Source: Colwellia sp. (GTDB lineage: Bacteria; Pseudomonadota; Gammaproteobacteria; Enterobacterales; Alteromonadaceae). From it: a stretch of 64,000 bases of DNA. The notes under the pieces were generated by a model. That model searched no databases. It saw nothing but the letters and a program-made list of their open reading frames with translations, and had not been told where the DNA came from. The position numbers were made by a program, and so were the translations under genes. Where the stretch lies: positions 2,561 to 66,560 of the forward strand of contig JBAHZW010000061.1 of assembly GCA_037132835.1 (NCBI GenBank), given 5' to 3'. The stretch's first letter is position 1, and each line of letters starts with the position of its first letter. Below, one piece after another: positions 17,232 to 28,699 of this stretch.

Positions 17232-18548
17232 GTGTCGAAGAAAAAAGGTATGTTTTCTTGGTTAGGTCTTGGCCAAAAAGAAAAAAAATCAAACGCTGAA
17301 GAACAGAACAATGAAGCTCTATCTGTTACAGATATTGAGCAAGCGAGCGAAATAAAAACGGTCGAAAATTCTGTTGATGAAGTAAAAGAACCCGTTTCTG
17401 AACCTTTAAGGGCGGGGTTTAGTGCAACTGAATTAACAACACCTGAACTTGCCATAGAGCAAGAGACTTCAGTTGATAATGAGAGTAAAAGTACACTTGA
17501 TGACCAAACAGATCATGCAGGATCTGACATAACGGCACTTGATGCCCCCCCTGCTCTGCAAGTAGATACAACGCTTGAATCGACCATTGAGGCAAAGATT
17601 GAAACGACTAATGCTCAACATGCGGAAATAAAATTAAGCTTCTTTGCTCGTTTAAAGCAAGGTTTAAGTAAAACTAGGCAAAATTTAGGTGGCGGCTTAG
17701 TTGATTTATTTCGTGGTAAGCAAATAGATGATGACTTATTTGAAGAATTAGAAACTCACCTGCTGTTGGCGGATGTTGGTGTTGAAACCACCATGAAAAT
17801 TATTGACACCTTAACGCAAAGTGCTAATCGAAAACAGTTAAAGGATGCCTCAGCTCTGTATGATTTGCTTAAAATAGAATTAAAGAATGTTATTGAAGGC
17901 GTAAGTAAGCCGTTAGTTATTCCTGAAGGCGAGGGGCCTTTTGTTATGTTAATGGTGGGTGTTAACGGTGTGGGTAAAACCACGACCATTGGCAAACTCG
18001 CGAAGCAATTTCAAGCGCAGGGTAAGTCGGTAATGTTAGCTGCAGGTGACACTTTTAGAGCCGCCGCGGTTGAACAGTTGCAAGTGTGGGGTGAGCGAAA
18101 TGATATCCCTGTTATTGCTCAGCATACGGGCGCAGATAGCGCATCGGTCATTTTTGATGCGATCAGTGCCGCTAGAGCACGTAAAGTTGATATCATCATT
18201 GCTGATACCGCAGGTCGATTGCAAAATAAAGCACATCTAATGGAAGAGTTGAAAAAAATCGTGCGGGTGATGAAAAAACTAGATGTTAATGCGCCTCATG
18301 AAATTATGTTAACCCTTGATGCAGGCACAGGGCAAAATGCCTTAAGTCAAACCAAGCTGTTTGATGAAGCCGTGGGTTTAACTGGCTTAACGATAACTAA
18401 ACTAGACGGTACCGCCAAAGGCGGTGTTATTTTTGCTATTGCAGACAAACATAGCATCCCTATTAGATACCTAGGTGTTGGTGAAGGTATTGATGATTTA
18501 AGACCATTTAATAGTGATGAGTATATTGACGCTATTTTTAGCCATTAG
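17232..18548 (+). CDS. ftsY: SRP receptor FtsY
   Basis: Acidic N-domain, GVNGVGKTTT, DTFRAAA, DTAGR, TKLDGTAKGG. Confidence 0.97.
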   Translation: MSKKKGMFSWLGLGQKEKKSNAEEQNNEALSVTDIEQASEIKTVENSVDEVKEPVSEPLRAGFSATELTTPELAIEQETSVDNESKSTLDDQTDHAGSDITALDAPPALQVDTTLESTIEAKIETTNAQHAEIKLSFFARLKQGLSKTRQNLGGGLVDLFRGKQIDDDLFEELETHLLLADVGVETTMKIIDTLTQSANRKQLKDASALYDLLKIELKNVIEGVSKPLVIPEGEGPFVMLMVGVNGVGKTTTIGKLAKQFQAQGKSVMLAAGDTFRAAAVEQLQVWGERNDIPVIAQHTGADSASVIFDAISAARARKVDIIIADTAGRLQNKAHLMEELKKIVRVMKKLDVNAPHEIMLTLDAGTGQNALSQTKLFDEAVGLTGLTITKLDGTAKGGVIFAIADKHSIPIRYLGVGEGIDDLRPFNSDEYIDAIFSH

Positions 18549-18607
18549 AGGTGCTCGGGTCATTAGGCTAAGTTAGGCTGATCACTCGCGTAAAATATAA
18601 AAGTAAT

Positions 18608-19300
18608 ATGATTAACTTCAACAAGGTAAATAAAACCTACCCCGGTGGTTTTCTGGCATTAAAACAAGTTAGTTTTAGTCTGGAAAGTGGTGAGATGGCG
18701 TTTTTAACTGGCCATTCTGGTGCAGGTAAAAGTACGTTGTTAAAATTAATTTCCTTAATGGAAAAACCTAGTTCAGGCAGTATTCAGGTAAACCATACTG
18801 AGTTATCCCATATACAATATAAACAAGTTCCTTATGTGCGTCGTGGTATAGGAATGATTTTTCAAAGCCATAACTTACTGAAAGAACGTACGGTTTTTGA
18901 TAATGTCGCACTACCTTTAATTATTGAAGGTGTTAGTCGTAAAGAAATTAAAAAGCGCGTTGAAACGGCATTAGAAAAAGTGCATTTAAGCACTAAGCTA
19001 AAGTGTTATCCGCATATGCTCTCAGGGGGAGAGCAACAACGTGTAGGTATAGCGCGTGCTATTGTTAATAAACCACCAATTCTTCTGGCAGATGAACCCA
19101 CCGGAAACTTAGACCCCAAGCTCTCTTTAGATATCATTCGATTATTTGAAGAGTTTAATGCCGCGGGTGTTACCGTATTAATTGCTACCCATGATCTGGG
19201 CTTAATTGCGCGCATGAAATATCGAACCTTGACCCTTAAAGAGGGCACTATGATAAATGATGGCATTTTTGACGGGCTACAAGTGCAAGGGGGCGGTTAA
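18608..19300 (+). CDS. ftsE: Cell division ATP-binding protein
   Basis: GHSGAGKST, LSGGEQQRV, LADEPTGNLD; ftsYEX order. Confidence 0.96.
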   Translation: MINFNKVNKTYPGGFLALKQVSFSLESGEMAFLTGHSGAGKSTLLKLISLMEKPSSGSIQVNHTELSHIQYKQVPYVRRGIGMIFQSHNLLKERTVFDNVALPLIIEGVSRKEIKKRVETALEKVHLSTKLKCYPHMLSGGEQQRVGIARAIVNKPPILLADEPTGNLDPKLSLDIIRLFEEFNAAGVTVLIATHDLGLIARMKYRTLTLKEGTMINDGIFDGLQVQGGG

Positions 19301-20274
19301 TGAGTAATCTACACCGTAGTGGCCTGCAAGCGCGGTCAAGTTTGCTTAGACGAATAATGACCTTGCCTATTAGACACGCACAACAGGCAATAGGTAGCTT
19401 GGGTAATTTATGGCGTACCCCTTTGACTACGGTGATGACTATTTTTGTCTTAGGCGTGAGTCTGGCGTTACCGGCAACCTTGCACCTTTTTATTAAAAAT
19501 GCCGATAAAGTAAGTGAACAATGGGATAGCGCGTCACAGATCACCTTGTTTTTGAAACTATCGACGACAGAAAAAAGCGCGAAAAACCTAATAAAACGTA
19601 TCAGCCTCTATAATGACGTTGCCGAAGTTAGCTATATTTCTGCGGAGCAAGCCTTAATAGAATTTAAAATTCTGTCTGGTTTTGGCCAAGCACTTGAGTA
19701 TCTCGATAAAAATCCCTTACCCGCGACACTTTTGGTTACGCCTACACAAAGAGCTAGCCAAGCACAGGCGGCGAATACCTTATTAGCTAAATTGGTTAAA
19801 GAGCGAGAAGTTGAGCAAGGTAAGCTCGATTTGGAGTGGTTAACCCGTCTAGAGGCCATGGCTCGGTTGATTGAAGATATCGTTATCGGTGTCGCTTTAT
19901 TACTCTGTCTCTCTGTGGTGCTTATTGTTGGCAACACTATCCGGCTATCAATATTAAACGAGAGAGACGCCATTGCTATTATGAAGCTGGTTGGTGCGAC
20001 CGATAGTTTTATTCAACGTCCTTTTTTATATTCTGGTATGTGGTACGGTATTTTCGGTGGCATACTTTCATGTATAACGGTAACACTACTTGCTTGGTAC
20101 TTAGGCTACGCTATTAGCGACTTAAGTCAGCTGTATCAAAGTAGCTTTCAATTTCAGGGTCTAGACGGCAGCGAAGCATTAATGCTGATTGGTTTTGCTA
20201 TTATACTTGCGCTTGTCGGTAGCTATATTTCAGTAAGCCAGCATATCAAAGCGATAGAGCCCAATGCGGACTGA
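19300..20274 (+). CDS. ftsX: Cell division permease
   Basis: NPLPA, IVGNTIRL, MKLVGATDSFIQRPFLY. Confidence 0.96.
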   Translation: MSNLHRSGLQARSSLLRRIMTLPIRHAQQAIGSLGNLWRTPLTTVMTIFVLGVSLALPATLHLFIKNADKVSEQWDSASQITLFLKLSTTEKSAKNLIKRISLYNDVAEVSYISAEQALIEFKILSGFGQALEYLDKNPLPATLLVTPTQRASQAQAANTLLAKLVKEREVEQGKLDLEWLTRLEAMARLIEDIVIGVALLLCLSVVLIVGNTIRLSILNERDAIAIMKLVGATDSFIQRPFLYSGMWYGIFGGILSCITVTLLAWYLGYAISDLSQLYQSSFQFQGLDGSEALMLIGFAIILALVGSYISVSQHIKAIEPNAD

Positions 20275-20452
20275 TTCTTTATTATTAACAATTCAGTAAG
20301 TTACAAATCGTCACATTTAATTCATGAAAAAATCGAATGATCGTCTTGTGTGATTTTGTCTATTAAGCTAATGTTCATGTCCCCACTATCGCAAAGAGTG
20401 GGGATATCTGTTATGATGATGAGCGAATTAGAAAAATTAAAGGAGAGTTTTT

Positions 20453-21310
20453 ATGAGTCAAACAATGCAACTTACCTTACCACAAAGTGGTAGTATCGAA
20501 GCATATATGCAATCTGCGTACAGCATCCCAATGCTAACTGCGGAAAAAGAGCATGATCTGGCTACTCGCCTGTATAACGACAATGATTTACAAGCAGCAC
20601 AAGAACTCATTATGTCGCACTTACGCTTTGTTATTCATGTTGCTAAAGGTTACTCTGGTTATGGTTTGGCACATGCGGATCTAGTGCAAGAAGGCAATGT
20701 CGGTTTAATGAAAGCGGTAAAACGCTTTAACCCTGAAGTGGGTGTTCGTTTAGTGTCTTTTGCTGTGCATTGGATTAAAGCTGAAATTCATGAGTTTGTG
20801 CTTAAAAACTGGCGCATCGTTAAAGTTGCAACAACGAAAGCGCAACGTAAGTTATTTTTCAACCTTCGTAAAAATAAAAAGCGCTTAGGTTGGTTTAGCA
20901 GAGCAGAAGTTAATACCGTAGCCGAAACCCTTGGCGTATCAACTAAAGACGTTATGGAAATGGAGTCTCGTATGAGTAGCCATGACCAAGCGTTTGAATT
21001 ATCGAAAGACGATGATGATAATATTGGTGCGGGTAGCTTTTCTCCAGCGCAATACCTTGAAGACAAACAGTCGGATTTAGCGGTTGAAGTTGAAAAGGAT
21101 AATTGGAAAAATCACGCTAATCAACGTTTATCAACGGCACTGGTTACCCTTGATGATCGTAGCCAAGATATTATAAAAACACGTTGGTTAAGCGAAGAAA
21201 AAACCACGTTACAAGATCTCGCTAATAAATACCAAATCTCGGCAGAACGTGTCAGACAGTTAGAAAAAAATGCTTTATCTAAGTTAAAAAATACGATGGT
21301 ATTTGATTAA
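20453..21310 (+). CDS. rpoH: Heat-shock sigma factor sigma32
   Basis: [14 protein letters not shown], RpoH box [18 protein letters not shown]. Confidence 0.98.
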   Translation: MSQTMQLTLPQSGSIEAYMQSAYSIPMLTAEKEHDLATRLYNDNDLQAAQELIMSHLRFVIHVAKGYSGYGLAHADLVQEGNVGLMKAVKRFNPEVGVRLVSFAVHWIKAEIHEFVLKNWRIVKVATTKAQRKLFFNLRKNKKRLGWFSRAEVNTVAETLGVSTKDVMEMESRMSSHDQAFELSKDDDDNIGAGSFSPAQYLEDKQSDLAVEVEKDNWKNHANQRLSTALVTLDDRSQDIIKTRWLSEEKTTLQDLANKYQISAERVRQLEKNALSKLKNTMVFD

Positions 21311-21393
21311 CGCGCCAAAGGCATAAGAGATAAAAACAGATCCAAGGGCTAATGCCTATCCGTTAAAAGATTCATTTTTAGCGGAATAAAATC

Positions 21394-21427
21394 AAAATCC
21401 GATGTTCACTGAACATTGGATTTTTTT
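21394..21427 (+). terminator. Intrinsic terminator after rpoH
   Basis: AAAATCCGATGTTCA-C-TGAACATTGGATTTTTTT. Confidence 0.75.
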
Positions 21428-21603
21428 ATGTTTGTTAACTCACATTAAGTGGGAAAACACTTATGCCAAGGCCAAAATATTATTTTAATTTACTTCTTTT
21501 ACTCGTCTCTCGCTATTCTTTAGGTATATAATGCTTTCATATAGATCATAAGATAACACATGGGTTAGCCATGTAGGCATCAAGTACTGGGAGTTAAATA
21601 GTT

Positions 21604-21858
21604 ATGGGTGGAATCGGAATTTGGCAACTAGTCATTATTGCCGTTATTGTGGTATTACTCTTTGGCACTAAAAAGCTACGCAACCTAGGTGGTGATTTAG
21701 GATCAGCGATTAAAGGCTTTAAAAGTGCGATAGGTGAAGAGAAAAAGCAAGATAACACTGAGACTACTCCAGAGTCGTTAGCTGATGCCTCTACTAAGGT
21801 AGATGAAGAAGTTAATACTACATCAGCGAAGAAAACTAAAGAAACCGATCAGGCTTAA
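21604..21858 (+). CDS. tatA: Twin-arginine translocase subunit A
   Basis: MGGIGIWQL...[15 protein letters not shown]. Confidence 0.97.
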   Translation: MGGIGIWQLVIIAVIVVLLFGTKKLRNLGGDLGSAIKGFKSAIGEEKKQDNTETTPESLADASTKVDEEVNTTSAKKTKETDQA

Positions 21859-21861
21859 TTT

Positions 21862-22362
21862 ATGTTTGATGTTGGCTTTTGGGAATTAATTCTCATTGCA
21901 ATTATAGGCTTAGTTATTTTAGGTCCCGAACGTTTACCGGTAGCAATCCGCACGGTTCGTGACTGGATATCTAGAGCCCGTAAGTTGAGTGATACTGTAA
22001 AAACTGAGCTGACCGAAGAATTACGTGTGCATGAATTACATGCTAATTTAAAGAAAGCAGAACAAAGTGGCTTGCAGGGGTTAAGCCCTGAGGTCGCTGA
22101 ATCATTAAAAACATTGCAAGAAGCGGCGGCTTCGGTAACAGAGCCGTTTAAAAAAGTTGATAGGCAAGCCCTAGATACCATGATCTCTGATTCACTTGCC
22201 TCTTCAGCGGAGAATAAGCCCGATGCATCGATGACAGAGTTACCGGCAGATTCAGTAATAGATTCAGTAATAGGTTCACAATCAGAGCAAGAGACTCGCT
22301 CTAGCCCCGAAGGTGTAAAACCACTAGCAAAGACCATTGACAGACCGAATGATAAACCTTAA
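21862..22362 (+). CDS. tatB: Twin-arginine translocase subunit B
   Basis: MFDVGFWEL...LGPERLP. Confidence 0.97.
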   Translation: MFDVGFWELILIAIIGLVILGPERLPVAIRTVRDWISRARKLSDTVKTELTEELRVHELHANLKKAEQSGLQGLSPEVAESLKTLQEAAASVTEPFKKVDRQALDTMISDSLASSAENKPDASMTELPADSVIDSVIGSQSEQETRSSPEGVKPLAKTIDRPNDKP

Positions 22363-22364
22363 TC

Positions 22365-23123
22365 ATGAGTAATCCTACAGCACAAACGGCAGGCCTTTTT
22401 GATCACCTTTTAGAATTACGTAATAGTTTATTACGCTCAATTGTTAGCGTGTTAATTGTCTTTTGCTGCTTAGTTTATTTTTCCCAAGATATTTATCAAT
22501 ACGTCGCACAACCACTTTTAACGGCTATGCCTGAAGGCTCACAAATGATAGCGACAGATGTTGCCTCGCCATTTTTTGCGCCCTTTAAATTAACCTTAGT
22601 TTTATCGCTATTTATTGCCATGCCGTTTGTTTTATACCAAGTCTGGTCATTTGTTGCGCCGGGCCTATATAAGAATGAAAAACGTTTGATTGCCCCACTA
22701 ATGATTGGTTCAACTGCATTATTTTATGGCGGTATTGCCTTTGCTTACTTTATTGTCTTTCCGGTGGTTTTTGCTTTTTTTACTTCTGTGGCTCCTGAAG
22801 GTGTTGTGATTGCGACCGATATAAGTAGTTATTTGGATTTTATTTTAAAACTTTTTTTTGCTTTTGGTGCTGCATTTGAAATACCCATTGTCATCATTCT
22901 AATGTGCTGGACAGGTATGACAACACCTGATAGCTTAAGACAAAAGCGAGCTTATGTAGTCGTTGGCGCCTTTGTTGTCGGTATGCTGCTAACACCACCT
23001 GATATTATTTCGCAAACCATGCTTGCTGTGCCCATGTTAATTCTATTTGAGGTAGGTATTATTATTGCCTCCCTTTACCGTAAAGATGACGAAGACGAAC
23101 CCATTGATGTAAAGGATAATTGA
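22365..23123 (+). CDS. tatC: Twin-arginine translocase subunit C
   Basis: HLLELR, PGLY..EK, FEIP, TPPDIISQ. Confidence 0.97.
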   Translation: MSNPTAQTAGLFDHLLELRNSLLRSIVSVLIVFCCLVYFSQDIYQYVAQPLLTAMPEGSQMIATDVASPFFAPFKLTLVLSLFIAMPFVLYQVWSFVAPGLYKNEKRLIAPLMIGSTALFYGGIAFAYFIVFPVVFAFFTSVAPEGVVIATDISSYLDFILKLFFAFGAAFEIPIVIILMCWTGMTTPDSLRQKRAYVVVGAFVVGMLLTPPDIISQTMLAVPMLILFEVGIIIASLYRKDDEDEPIDVKDN

Positions 23124-23127
23124 AATC

Positions 23128-23658
23128 ATGATGTTAGGTAAAGTAAGTTATTGCGCTGTTGTTAGTTCCTTCATGGTTATGCAAATAGGATTAATACCAA
23201 CAGTATTAGCCAACGAGAAGAACTTAGAAAATAAAGCGCAGACGTGTAGTCAACTAAGTGATAACAAGGCACGGTTGACCTGTTTTGATGCACTGACAGT
23301 AAAAAATACCACTACAACAGGATCAGTAAACGATAAAAGCGTAGTAACCCCTGTTGGAGACTCAAAACGAAGTGCGCAATACGTTGATAACTTTGCGAAA
23401 GAACAGGTAAAGAATACAAGTGACGAACAGGCTGAAGAAATACAAACAATTACCTTAACGATAAGTAAATTAAGTAAAAATCTGTATGGTAAATGGAAAA
23501 TAACTTTTCAAAATGGACAAAAATGGCAGCAAAAGGACAGTGAAATACTGAGCTTAAAAGAAGGCCAGCGCGTAGTACTAACTAAAGGAGCTTTAAGCGC
23601 CATTTATTTGCAAAAAGAAAATACCAATAAACGTATTAAGGTCAAAAGGGTTAAATAA
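23128..23658 (+). CDS. Exported hypothetical protein
   Basis: Signal-like N-terminus, C-x10-C motif (CSQLSDNKARLTCFD) and C-terminal beta domain (NGQKWQQ). Confidence 0.7.
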   Translation: MMLGKVSYCAVVSSFMVMQIGLIPTVLANEKNLENKAQTCSQLSDNKARLTCFDALTVKNTTTTGSVNDKSVVTPVGDSKRSAQYVDNFAKEQVKNTSDEQAEEIQTITLTISKLSKNLYGKWKITFQNGQKWQQKDSEILSLKEGQRVVLTKGALSAIYLQKENTNKRIKVKRVK

Positions 23659-23800
23659 TCTGAAAACGGGGTAAGCCACATGAGACAATAAAGTTATTTG
23701 AATCGCTACCATGATTGTGCCTCACTTGTAATTTACCCCTATATTCATCGGCTTATAAAATTGATTATCCAGAGTTCAGCTTTAATAGTGCGAGGTTCGT

Positions 23801-24628
23801 TTGAATATAGCCGGTTTGATCGATATTGGTGTCAACTTAACCAATAAACGTTTTGATAAAGATCGTGACGATATTATTCTCCGTGCAAGAATGGCTAACG
23901 TTAGTCGTTTATTCATTACGGGGACTAACGTGGCTGAAAGTCAAAAAGCGCTAGCCTTATGTCAGTCATATCAAAAAACTTTTCCAGAGTACCTGTATTG
24001 TACTGCAGGTGTTCACCCACATGATGCAGACCGCGTTACTACCGATTACCTTGACCAACTCCAAGAGCTAGCAAAAGGTGGTCAAGTGAAAGCGATAGGG
24101 GAATGTGGTTTAGACTTTAATCGAAATTTCTCAGCGCCAAGCCAACAGTTAAAAATATTTAGTGAACAAGTCGCTTTAGCTGAAAAGCTGGCAATGCCCT
24201 TATTTCTCCATCAAAGAGATGCATTTGAACCTTGGTTTACTACATTGTCGCCTTATATTGGTAAAATTCCAGCGATGATATCTCATTGTTTTACCGGGAC
24301 TAAAAATGAATTAGAGCAGTGTTTGGCCGCTGATATGTACATTGGCATTACCGGTTGGCTTTGTGATGAACGTCGCGGACAAGGCCTGCGAGATATTATT
24401 AATTTAATACCGCTAAATCGATTACTTCTTGAAACGGATGCACCATACCTCACGCCTAGAACAATACGACCAAAACCTAAGAGTAGTCGCAACGAGCCTA
24501 GCTACTTACCTTACATAGTGAAAGAGATAGCAAGTATTACCGGTATTGACCAAGAAGAAATAGCGAGGGAAACGAGTCTTAATGCTCAAAAAGCTTTTAA
24601 TTTAACCACGATAGAAGGATTACTTTAA
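23801..24628 (+). CDS. tatD: TatD DNase
   Basis: IDIGVNL, TAGVHPH, IGECGLD, LHQR, HCFTG, LETDAPYL. Confidence 0.95.
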   Translation: MNIAGLIDIGVNLTNKRFDKDRDDIILRARMANVSRLFITGTNVAESQKALALCQSYQKTFPEYLYCTAGVHPHDADRVTTDYLDQLQELAKGGQVKAIGECGLDFNRNFSAPSQQLKIFSEQVALAEKLAMPLFLHQRDAFEPWFTTLSPYIGKIPAMISHCFTGTKNELEQCLAADMYIGITGWLCDERRGQGLRDIINLIPLNRLLLETDAPYLTPRTIRPKPKSSRNEPSYLPYIVKEIASITGIDQEEIARETSLNAQKAFNLTTIEGLL

Positions 24629-25522
24629 ATGAAATTACTGACATTGTCTAAAATCCTAGGCTATACCTTTCTATTGATGAGCTATGTACCTGCGGCTATG
24701 GCAATGACAGAAAAAAATATTGAGTACTTATCTTTCGGTATTGGATTTTCCTTAGGGTGCTTACTGCTCCTATTGATATTTTCAGCGATAGGTTGGTATT
24801 TAAATTGTCAATGTCGTCGTCAATACGACAAGGTATTGCAGAAATTTAAATTGTCGAAACGAGCGATTCATGCGGTTAAAAAAGTGATGAAAAAAATGGT
24901 TGCAGAGCAACAAGACAACCAATATTTATTAGAAGATAAAGTGCAAGAAAGGACATTAGAACTAAACATCGCTTTGCAAGAACTAGAGAGTGCTAACCAC
25001 GAACTGGAGCGGAAAAACACCTTAGATGAATTAACAGGTTTACATAACCGTCGGTTTTATGATCAAAAAATATTAGCCGAATATCGTCGTAGTCACCGTA
25101 ATCATACTCCGTTAAGTTTAGTATTAATTGATATTGATCACTTCAAAGCCGTCAATGATAATTATGGACATCTCGCTGGAGATCATTGCATAGTTACGCT
25201 TTCAAAGTATATCAAAAGAAGCTTAAAGCGAAGTACAGATAAAGCCTTTCGTTACGGTGGTGAAGAGTTTTGCTTAATTTTACCTAATACCGATGCCGAA
25301 GGTGCATTGCTCATGGCTGAGCAGTTACGTGTATCGATCAGTGAGCAGGTTTTTCAGTTTCAGGATATTAAACTTTGTGTGACTATTTGTTGTGGTGTCT
25401 ACACTTATCAACAACAAGTTAATATAGGGCCGGAGCAGATGTTTTCTGGCGCAGATAAAGCTTTATATCAGGCTAAGCACAATGGTAGAAATCAAACCAA
25501 ACAGTATATTTTCAGCGAATAA
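24629..25522 (+). CDS. Membrane-anchored diguanylate cyclase
   Basis: DELTGLHNRR, DIDHFK.VND.YGH..GD, RSTD I-site and GGEEF; two N-terminal hydrophobic segments and a coiled coil. Confidence 0.9.
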   Translation: MKLLTLSKILGYTFLLMSYVPAAMAMTEKNIEYLSFGIGFSLGCLLLLLIFSAIGWYLNCQCRRQYDKVLQKFKLSKRAIHAVKKVMKKMVAEQQDNQYLLEDKVQERTLELNIALQELESANHELERKNTLDELTGLHNRRFYDQKILAEYRRSHRNHTPLSLVLIDIDHFKAVNDNYGHLAGDHCIVTLSKYIKRSLKRSTDKAFRYGGEEFCLILPNTDAEGALLMAEQLRVSISEQVFQFQDIKLCVTICCGVYTYQQQVNIGPEQMFSGADKALYQAKHNGRNQTKQYIFSE

Positions 25523-26584
<1,062 letters not shown>

Positions 26585-26628
26585 CTTCCTTGCTATTACC
26601 TCAGCAAGGTATTAGCTCTGATAACCAT

Positions 26629-26657
26629 AAAAACGCGACTATCTCGTCGCGTTTTTT
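26629..26657. terminator. Bidirectional intrinsic terminator after hemB
   Basis: AAAAACGCGAC-TATCTC-GTCGCGTTTTTT. Confidence 0.85.
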
Positions 26658-26667
26658 ATTGACTGTT

Positions 26668-26851
26668 TTAAGCGTTTTTCGCCCTTAATATTTTCTGACA
26701 AGAAGCTCTAGTCATTAACTTAGCAAGGTATTGCTCTAGTACCTTAAAGTCGGTAATATCGGGCGAGTAAGGCATCTGTGATGGTGAGATCTTCAGCAGC
26801 TAAGGCCGTGTTGCTGTTAAGCATTTTTTTAATGATGAGCAAGTTTCTCAT
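26668..26851 (-). pseudogene. Possible remnant of a glutathione S-transferase C-terminal domain
   Basis: Two frames: KMLNSNTALAAEDLTITDALL, then PDITDFKVLEQYLAKLMTRASCQKIL; resembles GST helix-6 N-cap (TxxD) and the terminal Y..RL..R.S pattern. Confidence 0.4.
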
Positions 26852-26854
26852 TCA

Positions 26855-27757
26855 CTAGGTCTTTGCTGAAGCCATGATTACTTTGTTTCTCAACCATTTG
26901 TTTGCGGGATCTTTATCAACATTAACATGCCAGTATAAATGAATATCAAGATCAGGCAAAGTAACGGGTAACGGATATATTTCAATATCTAGCATGTCAC
27001 GATACATTTTGGCTGCTATTTTTGGCAAGGTTAATAGCATGTTGTTGTTGGTGATGATTTTACATGCGGATAAAGCATGCTGGCATCTTAACGCTATTTT
27101 ACGGTGTAAACCAATGCGTGATAACTCAAAATCTTCAAGACCAGGGCCACTTGAGCGAGATGAGACTAATATATGATCTAGACTGAGATAGGTGTCTAAA
27201 GCTAATGTTTTTTCGGTGATAGCAGGGTGGTTTTTACGTGCTATCACCACATGCTGATCCTTATTTAGTTGGGTATGAAAAATATTATCGCTAACGGGTA
27301 ATAAGGTATCTATGGCGATATCGATATCACCACTTGCCAATTTGTTTTCTAATTCGCTACGACGCACTCTGCGGTTACTTTTTAAATTTATATGTGGAGA
27401 TTCTTTCAGTAAACTTTCCATAAATAGCGGTAAATAAGTCGCCTCTAACGAGCCGACGATGGAAATAATAAAGTGTTTTCGAGAAGTCATTGGCTCAAAC
27501 TGCTGAGCTTGTAACAAACAAACGCGCAATTGATGTAGTGCCTCTCGAACGTCAGCAATAACATTTTTGGCCAGTGTTGTTGGCCTCATTTCATTACCTT
27601 GGCGAATGAACAAGGGATCATCAAAGTGTTTACGCAACTTTGCTAGAGCATGGCTGACCGCAGGCTGTGATAGGTGTAACGTTAATGCCGCTTTGGTGAT
27701 ATTCCCTTCACAATAAATAGCATCAAAAACAATAAATAAATTTAAATCTACTTTCAT
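26855..27757 (-). CDS. LysR-family transcriptional regulator (NodD/DntR-like), divergent from the lipid operon
   Basis: DLNLFIVF, LHLSQPAVSHAL HTH, DPLF.R, LYWH..D.A..WLR. Confidence 0.93.
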   Translation of the reverse strand: MKVDLNLFIVFDAIYCEGNITKAALTLHLSQPAVSHALAKLRKHFDDPLFIRQGNEMRPTTLAKNVIADVREALHQLRVCLLQAQQFEPMTSRKHFIISIVGSLEATYLPLFMESLLKESPHINLKSNRRVRRSELENKLASGDIDIAIDTLLPVSDNIFHTQLNKDQHVVIARKNHPAITEKTLALDTYLSLDHILVSSRSSGPGLEDFELSRIGLHRKIALRCQHALSACKIITNNNMLLTLPKIAAKMYRDMLDIEIYPLPVTLPDLDIHLYWHVNVDKDPANKWLRNKVIMASAKT

Positions 27758-27779
27758 ATATACCTCAGTTTACATCTAC

Positions 27780-27850
27780 AACTATTCATATTGCGAATAG
27801 TTTACCATTAGAACTATTCATTTGTTTAATTTAGTGGTTGAACATAACAT
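27780..27850 (+). promoter_or_regulatory. Putative LysR operator plus sigma70 promoter of lipid operon 1
   Basis: AACTATTC-N7-GAATAGTT palindrome, second box AACTATTCATTTGTTTAATT at +32, TTGTTT-17-TAACAT; same layout at 35999. Confidence 0.75.
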
Positions 27851-27921
27851 AGTCAACATAATTTAGAGCTGATTCTAAAGTGCCACATCACTAACCAATA
27901 GACTTTGTACTGAGAACTTAT

Positions 27922-28650
27922 ATGGCCGCTATATATTTAATAAGGCATGGACAAGCTTCGTTTGCTGAAGCTGATTATGACAAATTGTCGCCATTAGGTA
28001 TCAAGCAATCGTATCGGCTAGGAGAGTCTTGGCAATTAGCATCCCGCTCATGTAAAGCCTATTCAGGGGATTTGCTACGTCATGGACAAACCTTAGAATA
28101 CTTTATCGAAGGTTTTCAACATAAACCAAGCAGTATTATTTTACATTCAGGTATGAATGAGTTTGACCATGTTGATATATTGAGTTGCTATGATCCCGCT
28201 TGGCGTGATTTTTCGGGCATGTGCGCTAAGCTTAAACAGTTAAAAGAAGCGCATAACATTTTCCAAAAAGAATTATCTTTAGCGATAACGCGTTGGGTAT
28301 CGGGTGAATTTGACTCGCAATACCAAGAAAGCTGGCCACAATTTAAAGCGCGTTGTATTCGTGCTTTACAAGATATTATGCAACGAGGTTTAACTGACAA
28401 AGCTCGAGCGAAACAGCTTGATAGCAAGGCATCGCAAGATATTTTAGTCTTTACTTCTGGCGGTACTATTGCCGTTATCATGCAACATATATTGCAATTA
28501 AGTGATGAGCAAACACTCAAGATTAATCAACAATTAAGAAATACTAGCGTGAGTAAGTTATTGTTTTCTGGAAATAATATTAGTGTGGATTATTTCAATA
28601 ACTATAGCCACTTAATACCAGCAGGTGCTGACTGGGTAACGTTTAGATAA
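27922..28650 (+). CDS. Histidine phosphatase (phosphoglycerate mutase-like)
   Basis: IYLIRHGQASF, YDKLS.LG, NEFD, FTSGG, N.S motifs. Confidence 0.9.
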   Translation: MAAIYLIRHGQASFAEADYDKLSPLGIKQSYRLGESWQLASRSCKAYSGDLLRHGQTLEYFIEGFQHKPSSIILHSGMNEFDHVDILSCYDPAWRDFSGMCAKLKQLKEAHNIFQKELSLAITRWVSGEFDSQYQESWPQFKARCIRALQDIMQRGLTDKARAKQLDSKASQDILVFTSGGTIAVIMQHILQLSDEQTLKINQQLRNTSVSKLLFSGNNISVDYFNNYSHLIPAGADWVTFR

Positions 28651-28699
28651 TAACACCAGCGGCTTACTCCTTAAAAAGAACTGACCCGAGGAAAATAAC

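Noticed and set aside
20380-20404. TCCCCACT-N9-AGTGGGGA hairpin upstream of rpoH
   Set aside because: Real inverted repeat, but it lacks a U-tract and cannot be assigned as operator, terminator or thermosensor from sequence alone
22249-22272. 12-bp tandem duplication in tatB (DSVI x2)
   Set aside because: Lies in the variable disordered tail; trivial
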